From positions 1-14,655 of the forward strand of contig JBBSQY010000065.1 of NCBI GenBank assembly GCA_038243585.1: a stretch of DNA of 14,655 nt. Reading direction: 5' to 3'. Source of the stretch: Candidatus Sumerlaeales bacterium (GTDB lineage: Bacteria > Sumerlaeota > Sumerlaeia > Sumerlaeales > Sumerlaeaceae). Shown here in pieces: positions 1-6,312 of this stretch (the stretch's first letter is position 1; each line of letters opens with the position of its first letter). The notes below the pieces were generated by a model. The model saw nothing but the letters and a program-made list of their open reading frames with translations. It made no database searches and was not told the DNA's origin. Both the position numbers and the translations under genes were made by a program.

Positions 1-105
1 CACAACCCCAGCGAAACCACGAAAGGCAAACCTCCAGTTAAACATAAAAAAAACAAGAGTGAAGGAAACACGCCCACTCAACTTGACTCAAACCTGATAA
101 ACTAA
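1..105 (+). CDS. Possible 3' end of an upstream CDS (low-complexity tail HNPSETTKGKPPVKHKKNKSEGNTPTQLDSNLIN*)
   Basis: Frame 1 is open from base 1 to TAA at 103-105. Too short to identify and may be non-coding. Confidence 0.25.
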   Translation, partial: HNPSETTKGKPPVKHKKNKSEGNTPTQLDSNLIN

Positions 106-175
106 AACTCCAAAACTAACGGGCTATACGCTTGTTTAAGGCCTAAACACAACAAACGGATTCAGTAAACGTCCA

Positions 176-201
176 AATTTCACAGACGCGCACCACCGCC
201 C
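176..201 (+). repeat. Degenerate REP-like (RAYT-end) motif
   Basis: AATTTCACAGACGCGCACCACCGCCC matches the 4352-4380 copy at 21/26 positions. Similarity to the 1501 copy extends further (..CCCTTACAAATCAAGC vs ..CCCTCACAAAGCAAGC). Confidence 0.7.
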
Positions 202-288
202 TTACAAATCAAGCGCAGGCAAAAGGCCTGGAAGTCAACCTGGAGCAAATCCTGAAACGCCAGAAATCTGGCCCGCATTCCGAAGCAG

Positions 289-335
289 TGAACCTGATCC
301 GTTTCTGCGGACAGTTGTATTAAGGAAATTACAGG
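289..335 (+). mobile_element. Orphan IS3-family left end (terminal inverted repeat remnant)
   Basis: TGAACCTGATCCGTTTCTGCGGACAGTTGTATTA is 32/34 identical to 2577-2610, which precedes an IS3 orfA. It begins 5'-TG as IS3-family ends do. Confidence 0.75.
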
Positions 336-351
336 CGCTCCGGCCCTGCAC

Positions 352-1338
352 TTAAAGCATTTCCTGGCGCAGCTCCTGAGGAGATTTGGGAGAGAGCAGT
401 CCCGGTGCTATATCAAAAATAGTCTTCGCCCCCGTGTCCCCCTCGCGATTCAGGCGCACCGCCGCCCGGCAATAGGCAAGAAGAATACTGGATGTAAACT
501 CCGGATTGCTGTCCAGCTTTAGCGAAAACTCCATAGTATGGCTGCAGGCAGCAGAGCTTTTACCACTTCGGATAACGAAGCCGCCGTGAGGCATGCCCGA
601 ATGCTTCTCTAGTAGTTCATCCTCCGTAATAAAATGGACCGTGGTATCGTAATCGGCAAAGTAGTCAGGCATAGTCACGATGGCACGCTCCACCTCCGCA
701 GCAACAGCTCCTGGCTCCAGCACGACGTGGCATTCCCGGGTGTGCTTCTCCCGCGTAGTCAAATCTGGCATCTCTCCAGAGCGAACCCGCTCCACCGCGG
801 CAGACACCGGGATGGTATACTGCACTCCCGCCCTGACTCCGGGCACCCGGCGAATAGCATCAGAATGTCCCTGGCTAAGGCCATTACCCCAGAAGGTGTA
901 CGTAGCGCCCTGGGGCAGAATCGCTTCCCCATAGAGGCGGTTTATAGAGAACAGCCCCGGGTCCCACCCGATCGAAATTATAGACGTATTTCCACCACGC
1001 TTAGCTGCCGCATCCACCGCCCCGAAAAACTCAGGTATCTTCGAATGGGTATCGAAACTGTCTACGGTATTAAAGTGCTCAGCGAGAGCCGGCGTCTGCT
1101 CCGGCAGGTCGGTTAGGGATCCGCCGCAAAGCACCAGTACGTCAATGTCCGCTTTGTGGTTCGTAATTTCATCAAGACGATACGCCCGCGCTCCAGGTCG
1201 AACCAACCGTAGCCCCGCCGGATCGCGCCGGGAAAAAACCCCCGCCAGTTCCATATCCGGGTTATGCGCCAGGGCGACTTCAACCCCCCGCCCCAAGTTG
1301 CCGTACCCGACGATACCTATCCTGATCTGACTGCTCAT
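352..1338 (-). CDS. ddh: meso-diaminopimelate D-dehydrogenase
   Basis: N-terminal IRIGIVGYGNLG Rossmann motif, plus VDSFDTH, GWDPGLFS, TFWG-GLSQGHSDAIRR, HGGFVIR and SNPEFT family motifs. ATG at 1338 preferred over TTG at 1359. Confidence 0.96.
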   Translation of the reverse strand: MSSQIRIGIVGYGNLGRGVEVALAHNPDMELAGVFSRRDPAGLRLVRPGARAYRLDEITNHKADIDVLVLCGGSLTDLPEQTPALAEHFNTVDSFDTHSKIPEFFGAVDAAAKRGGNTSIISIGWDPGLFSINRLYGEAILPQGATYTFWGNGLSQGHSDAIRRVPGVRAGVQYTIPVSAAVERVRSGEMPDLTTREKHTRECHVVLEPGAVAAEVERAIVTMPDYFADYDTTVHFITEDELLEKHSGMPHGGFVIRSGKSSAACSHTMEFSLKLDSNPEFTSSILLAYCRAAVRLNREGDTGAKTIFDIAPGLLSPKSPQELRQEML

Positions 1339-1500
1339 GGGTAATAGTGTCTTTCTCAAAAGGTTGAACCAGTTGTAAGGCGATCTGTTGTAAGGCCATC
1401 TAATGATACGAAGAGGGATAAAAAACTATTTCCTCCATTCGCTTAAACGCGAAAGGTCTCAACAAGCTATATTGCTATAGCCGCAGAATTTCAGACAGCA

Positions 1501-1526
1501 AATTTCCGGGACGCGCACCACCCCCC
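1501..1526 (+). repeat. REP-like (RAYT-end) motif
   Basis: AATTTCCGGGACGCGCACCAC is 20/21 identical to the core of the 4350-4387 copy. Confidence 0.8.
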
Positions 1527-2008
1527 TCACAAAGCAAGCAGGAATCCCGCGCATCAAAAACAGCGCAAAAAACAGCCCCATAACAGTCCGGAAATCCGGA
1601 ACGCTTTTAGATCATTGCTCACCTGGAATCAATCCACCAAGTCCAGCTCTAAATACTTCACTCACCCTGCGCCTCCCCATTCCCCTAACCTCCCACAATC
1701 ATAGACCTAAAGCAAAATCTACGAACGCCCACCACCACAAGCTTCCGGCTTCAGCCGGATCCCTCTTTGCACCCTCATCTACGAGGGGTGTTGAGGATTT
1801 GAAAAGGATTAGAGCGCGCTTCAGCGTGGCTTGATTACCTGTGTACAAATCGGTACTACTCGTCGGCGCTAGGCGATGGTTATTTGCTGTCTGCCGTGTG
1901 GTATGTCGCAGCGAATATTTGGAGAGTTCCTATGACGGCACAAGGAGGAAATAATTACTTAACCCGTCCCCTAATCTATAACTTCTAAATCAGAGGAGCA
2001 ATTACTGG

Positions 2009-2482
2009 ATGTTGAAGCGCCAATTGATTACTGAGATCGAATCATCTCGCAAGTACTTCGAGTCTAGCTCTTCCGTATTGACCGAGGCGGATTCCGGGTT
2101 TGCGCCAACTCCGGAATTGTATACGGCGGCGCAGCAGGTTGCTCATGTGGCGCGAACCATTGAATGGTTTATGGAAGGAGCCTTTAGCGGCTCCGGGTGG
2201 AATATGGATTTTGAAAAACATATCAAGGACGCCCAAGCAGTCACGAGCCTGAAGGTGGCCAGGGAGTGGTTGGCGAAGGCCTGCGACCAGGCCATTTTAA
2301 AGGTAGAGGGGCTGAGCGACGAGGCATTGTCAGAAGTTTTCCCAGCCGATGACCCGATTATGCCGGGAGCGCCAAGGACGAGCATTGCCGGCGCGATTGT
2401 GGATCACACGGCGCATCATCGGGGCGTGCTCACGGTTTATGCAAGGCTGTTGGAGAAAGTCTCCCCGATGCCTTATATGTAA
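2009..2482 (+). CDS. DinB/YfiT-like family protein
   Basis: 157 aa with F-x-PTPE..TAAQQVAHVA and C-terminal DHTAHHRG..TVYARLL..P metal-binding His pattern. AGGAG RBS about 10 nt upstream. Confidence 0.9.
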   Translation: MLKRQLITEIESSRKYFESSSSVLTEADSGFAPTPELYTAAQQVAHVARTIEWFMEGAFSGSGWNMDFEKHIKDAQAVTSLKVAREWLAKACDQAILKVEGLSDEALSEVFPADDPIMPGAPRTSIAGAIVDHTAHHRGVLTVYARLLEKVSPMPYM

Positions 2483-2486
2483 AGAC

Positions 2487-2528
2487 AAAGGCGCCGCTGT
2501 CGCAAACCCTCGCATCAGCGGCCGCTTT
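2487..2528 (+). terminator. Possible terminator hairpin after dinB-like gene
   Basis: AAAG..GCCGCTG / CAGCGGC..CTTT inverted repeat just after the stop. Large loop and only a short U tract. Confidence 0.35.
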
Positions 2529-2576
2529 GCATTTCCAACTTTCGGATGTGCGTCCGCGACCGTCACCCTGCGGCGA

Positions 2577-2803
2577 TGAACCTGATCCGATTCTGTGGAC
2601 AGTTGTATTAGGGGAATACAGGAACGTACCATGGACGGAAACTATAAACCCTACAAGCGCTACAACGATGAGTTTAAGCGCAACGCCATTGAACTGTTGG
2701 AATCAAGCGGTCGCCCGATGGCCGAGGTCGCCGGCGATCTCGGCAATCCCTACAAGACGCTTGAGCGCTGGCGAGGCAAATAACGAAGCCGCGACGGACA
2801 ACA
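2577..2803 (+). mobile_element. Truncated IS3-family element: left end plus partial orfA
   Basis: TG-initiated end at 2577 and ATG at 2631. No orfB follows; the sequence switches to the RAYT left repeat at 2804. Confidence 0.8.
2631..2783 (+). pseudogene. IS3-family transposase OrfA fragment (HTH)
   Basis: KRYNDEFKRNAIELLESSGRPMAEVAGDLGNPYKTLERW is a typical OrfA helix-turn-helix. It stops after only 50 codons. Confidence 0.85.
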
Positions 2804-2834
2804 GGTAATTTCGGCGACGCGCACCTCTCGCCCC
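2804..2834 (+). repeat. Left REP-like inverted repeat of the RAYT locus
   Basis: GGTAATTTCGGCGACGCGCACCTCTCGCCCC is 28/31 identical to the reverse complement of 3622-3652. Internal stem GGCGA/TCGCC. Confidence 0.88.
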
Positions 2835-2882
2835 CAGCATTTTCCCGTTGACCCTTTCCCAGCTCCCTTGCTTTCTAAACGT

Positions 2883-3584
2883 ATGGCTCGACAAGCACGC
2901 GTAGTTATGACCGGGTGTCCGCACCATGTTACCCATCGTGGGAATCTGCGCGCCCAAATCTTTTTCAGCGACGATGATGCAGATTTTACCTGAACATGAT
3001 TGCGCAATGCGCCAGCCGGTTTGGGGTCGAAATCTGGGGTTACTGCCTGATGGGAAACCACGTTCACCTGGTCGCCGTGCCGCACAGCGCCGAGAGCCTG
3101 GCCCGGTGCTTTGGACTTGCGCATCAGCGGTATGCCGCGGCGACCAATGCCCGCAGTGGCTGGACGGGAAACCTGTGGGCGAACCGGTTTTATTCCTCGG
3201 CCCTGGACGAGGACCACATGTGGACAGCCATGCGCTACGTTAAACTCAATCCTGTGCGCGCCAAAATGGTGAACGAAGCCACAGATTGGAAATGGTCCAG
3301 CGCCCGGTGTCACGCGGCCCTTTGCGCGGATGATCTGTTGGCCCCGTCGCGCCCATTCCCGGGCATGGAGACGGACTGGCCGGCATTTCTCGCGCGCGGC
3401 CTGACCACGGCAGAGGTTTGAACGGATTCGCGTAAATACCGCAACCGGCAGACCAACGGGTTCGGAGGCCTTTGTGAAAAAACTGGAGCAAATGACCGGC
3501 AGGTTACTGCGCCCCCTGAAACGCGGTGTCAAACCAGGAGACTCAACCCATAGTGAGGCTCCAATGGATGACCTGTTTTCATGA
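2883..3584 (+). pseudogene. rayT: REP-associated tyrosine transposase (RAYT, Y1 HUH family) with two frameshifts
   Basis: Three segments: MARQARVVMTGCPHHVTHRGNLRAQIFFSDDD, then after a missing base near 2979 RFYLNM..YCLMGNHVHL (HUH)..RFYS..RYVKLNPVRA..DWKWSS, then after an extra T near 3417-3419 ERIRVNTATGRPTGSEAFVKKLEQMTGRLLRP..DDLFS* (TGA 3582-3584). Confidence 0.92.
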
Positions 3585-3614
3585 AAAGAACACGCCCATC
3601 AGCGAACGCGACGG

Positions 3615-3652
3615 AATCAATGGGGCCAGAGGTGCGCGTCCCCGAAATTCCC
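3615..3652 (-). repeat. Right REP-like inverted repeat of the RAYT locus
   Basis: Reverse complement GGGAATTTCGGGGACGCGCACCTCTGGCCCCATTGATT is 36/38 identical to 4350-4387. Confidence 0.9.
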
Positions 3653-3653
3653 A

Positions 3654-3724
3654 ATAATTTTCCACCCGGCTTCGGATGCCTGATTTAAACGGAGTATGAC
3701 CAACCTGCCGTTACGCACAACCTT
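3654..3724. repeat. 71-bp direct repeat, copy 1
   Basis: Differs from 6062-6133 by two substitutions and one indel. Confidence 0.95.
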
Positions 3725-3879
3725 AGAAGAGAGTATGCCACCGGCCACAAAACCGCCAGTCGTTGATTTATGGGATGACTACGATTACGTCCCATTTTAG
3801 GGGCGCTCACATTTCCCTTGCAGGTTTGGGTTTGCCAGGGCGAAGAGAGATCACCTGTGGTGAAAAGAAGGTGGGAATC

Positions 3880-4341
3880 ATGAAGCGCATATTAACTATA
3901 CTGGCTATATCCACATTGTCTGCGACGGCCTCTGTTCAGGCGGAAAACATAACCCTCAACCCTGTACTAGTCTACACCCCTGATCCGCGCGAAAGCCGTG
4001 ACTACATCCCGACGTATGATGAGGCAGACAGACGGCGAGAACATGGGCTTAGACTGAACGATCGTGAAAAAACAGTACTCCGGAAGCACGACCCGCCAAA
4101 GCCTGGTTCTATTGCAGAGATTACGGAAACGCGACGTAAGTCGAAGGCTGCTACGCCAACGCCTACAGCTACCCCCCAGGGGAACAACGAAACAGAACTA
4201 CGGTTATCCCGCGAAAAGTTAGAGTTGGAATATCAGCGCAAACAACTGGATCTAGAGCGCCGGAACAATGAACCAAAGAAACCTCGTACTGGTGCAATAA
4301 TGCTCGAGGTTACAACTACTTCGAGAAACCAGAGGCGATAA
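3880..4341 (+). CDS. Hypothetical secreted protein
   Basis: MKRILTILAISTLSATASVQA is a signal peptide with a VQA cleavage site. ATPTPTATP linker and charged coiled-coil-like C-terminus. ATG 3880 preferred over TTG 3763. Confidence 0.7.
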   Translation: MKRILTILAISTLSATASVQAENITLNPVLVYTPDPRESRDYIPTYDEADRRREHGLRLNDREKTVLRKHDPPKPGSIAEITETRRKSKAATPTPTATPQGNNETELRLSREKLELEYQRKQLDLERRNNEPKKPRTGAIMLEVTTTSRNQRR

Positions 4342-4349
4342 GGTGAATG

Positions 4350-4387
4350 GGGAATTTCGGGGACGCGCACCACTGTCCCCATTGATT
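4350..4387 (+). repeat. REP-like motif, best-preserved copy
   Basis: GGGAATTTC-GGGGAC-GCGCACCACT-GTCCCC-ATTGATT has a perfect 6-bp stem and starts 8 nt after the stop of 3880..4341. Confidence 0.9.
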
Positions 4388-4581
4388 TTGCGCACCATTT
4401 CACCGCGCGATTTACCATCGGAAGTGCAACACCGCGCAAAAAAACTTTCCAAAAAACCTCGGCGGGCGTCATCCAGCTCAGACACTTGCCGCTTTTCTTT
4501 CTTTTGCTTTTCCTTCGTGCTTTCGTGCCTTTCTGTCAAAATCTATCTGTCGAAGTCTCCCCGCTCCCTCGCCCAACTCCA

Positions 4582-5547
4582 TTAATCAACAGCGAAATGC
4601 GAAAGCCCTACCGGCAACGCGGTGCCATCGAGATACCAGCCGATATCCTGAAGCACATTACCCGTGACATCCACACTGTGCGACGCACCCGTGTACGAAG
4701 GTTCCATAAGCAGGTTGGGGGTATTCGACGTATCGAAGTGAGATACGCTCGAGCCAGACTGGTAAGGGGAAGGCGCGAACATCTTGACATTGTTATAGGG
4801 AGCATTTGTCGCTGGGTTTCTACGATTTTTCAGTGAAGCGCCATCCCAGTATAGGGCGTTGCTAATCAGCGCCGACTGCCTTTGCGCGTCATTCATGGAA
4901 ACCAGGGAGCCACCCGGCTGCTGGATCAGACTGCGCATATAACCGTCAGGCCTGCCATTAAACAGCTCCCCGTTTGCGTTCATAAACGTCAGAAATCCCA
5001 GCCCATGGCCAAGCTCATGCAACATAACCGTAACAAAATCAATGTGTATACCAGGGTTCGCATCCGTCCCATAATAAAAATTAATATTACCCAGAACCGT
5101 CGCATTATCCACGTCCATGTTCACCGTCACCTGGATGTCGTTATGAGACGTGGCAACATCCATTTCCGCATACTGATTAACCAGAAGCGTCGGGTAGGTG
5201 GTATTAGAAATCAAGAGCCCGGTACCGGTGATTACAGTGGAAATAGTAATCGGTCCTGCGCTCGCCAGCACAGCGCCAGAGGCCGTGCCGCCAAACGATT
5301 GACAAGCCGCGTTAACCCGTATGACTTCAGTCCCTTTTACTTTCGCGGCCCATACACTGAGCGCATACTCCAGCGCAGTTTTACGTGACAATCCAAGCAC
5401 AGGATCATTAAATCCCACGCCTGCTGCATCGGTATAATTGACAACAATCTGAGAGGAGGGCGATGAGGAATCATAGCTCCATGCGCTGCCCGCCAGGCCT
5501 GCTACTACAGCGGTAAGAACGACCAAAAATTTCTTGAAGGATATCAT
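4582..5547 (-). CDS. Secreted zinc metallopeptidase (HEXXH, metzincin-like)
   Basis: Signal peptide, DFVTVMLHELGHGLGF zinc motif, GSSVSHFD..PNLLMEP (Met-turn-like), and C-terminal LPVGLSHFAVD. Confidence 0.85.
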   Translation of the reverse strand: MISFKKFLVVLTAVVAGLAGSAWSYDSSSPSSQIVVNYTDAAGVGFNDPVLGLSRKTALEYALSVWAAKVKGTEVIRVNAACQSFGGTASGAVLASAGPITISTVITGTGLLISNTTYPTLLVNQYAEMDVATSHNDIQVTVNMDVDNATVLGNINFYYGTDANPGIHIDFVTVMLHELGHGLGFLTFMNANGELFNGRPDGYMRSLIQQPGGSLVSMNDAQRQSALISNALYWDGASLKNRRNPATNAPYNNVKMFAPSPYQSGSSVSHFDTSNTPNLLMEPSYTGASHSVDVTGNVLQDIGWYLDGTALPVGLSHFAVD

Positions 5548-6041
5548 TTGCAGCCCTTCCCATCACAGCCGCTGGTAACCCCATCTTGACTATGAGGCAA
5601 GATGTCTCCCGGTGCGATACATCCCGTAGTCACCTTACCGTCCGGACCGATGGAGCCAACAGCGAAAGACTGGAACCGCCCCTGCAGATCCGTAGTAATG
5701 ATTTCCAGCCCGCTCTTTGTTCTGGTCGTCCGCGACACCAGCCCCTCGTGGCTCTGATTCATTGCCGGCAATTCCACTGCTCCGCGGGTCCGAACCGGAT
5801 TCTGCGTCGGGCGTCCCTGCTCGTCCAGATACACCACCATCCCGCCCGAGGCCGCCCGCGTATCTGAAGTCGATGAAGCGCCAGATGCCGGCGAACACAT
5901 CCGCTTGACATTTTGATGAGCCGTAGCCTCCAGCCCGGTTTTCTCCCCCGCCCCGGCGATGCCGGCCAGCGCCGTAAAAAGAGTCATGAACCAGGCAAAG
6001 CGAAAAGACGCCAGCCCATTATATACAGAAAGTAGAAGCAC
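5544..6041 (-). CDS. Small secreted protein coupled to the peptidase (resembles 'post-PEP-CTERM-1'-type, propeptide-like proteins)
   Basis: N-terminal hydrophobic segment and GMVVYLD..SHEGLV..DLQGRFQSFAVGSIGPDGKVTTGC. 4-bp ATGA overlap with the peptidase start. Start codon uncertain; family resemblance is from memory. Confidence 0.7.
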   Translation of the reverse strand: MLLLSVYNGLASFRFAWFMTLFTALAGIAGAGEKTGLEATAHQNVKRMCSPASGASSTSDTRAASGGMVVYLDEQGRPTQNPVRTRGAVELPAMNQSHEGLVSRTTRTKSGLEIITTDLQGRFQSFAVGSIGPDGKVTTGCIAPGDILPHSQDGVTSGCDGKGCK

Positions 6042-6061
6042 GTGCGTGATCCCCTATAACC

Positions 6062-6133
6062 ATAATTTTCCACCCGGCTATCGGGTGCCTGATTTAAACG
6101 GAGTATGACCAACCCGCCGTTACGCACAACCTT
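6062..6133. repeat. 72-bp direct repeat, copy 2; possibly the promoter/leader of the minus-strand peptidase operon
   Basis: Near-identical to 3654-3724. Minus strand reads TTGTGC-N16-CATACT followed by a CACCCG/CGGGTG hairpin. Confidence 0.9.
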
Positions 6134-6312
6134 TTTTTATCCCCGCAATGTTATCTGGTGCCTCTCCATAACTTCCCCGTTTCTCCGCGGAATAGAGAAA
6201 TTTCCTCTTGCCCATTTAATTGTCTATGGCGACAATAAAAAAGTTGCACAAAAGTTCCAGCCCGGCTTGAATTCCACAGTTGCCTAATGATTTGTTGTAC
6301 AGAGAGATGGTT

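Noticed and set aside
133..149. TGTTTA-AGGCC-TAAACA palindrome
   Set aside because: A 6-bp AT-rich stem with no second copy is compatible with chance.
634..1330. Plus-strand ORFs inside ddh
   Set aside because: Antisense shadows of a clearly identified gene.
1340..1700. Lysine riboswitch upstream of ddh
   Set aside because: Could not find the AGAGGYGC..AGUA..GAAAGG..GCCGAA core on the minus strand.
289..2622. IS3 composite transposon carrying ddh and dinB
   Set aside because: Both IS3 ends are left ends in the same orientation. No right end, orfB or target duplication is visible.
2750..3532. 260-aa minus-strand ORF, also 2926..3243 on the plus strand
   Set aside because: Shadow frames of the frameshifted RAYT with no recognisable motifs.
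4882..5388. 168-aa plus-strand ORF and similar ORFs opposite the EEP, Sel1 and PIG-L genes
   Set aside because: Antisense to well-supported genes, with compositions typical of shadow frames.
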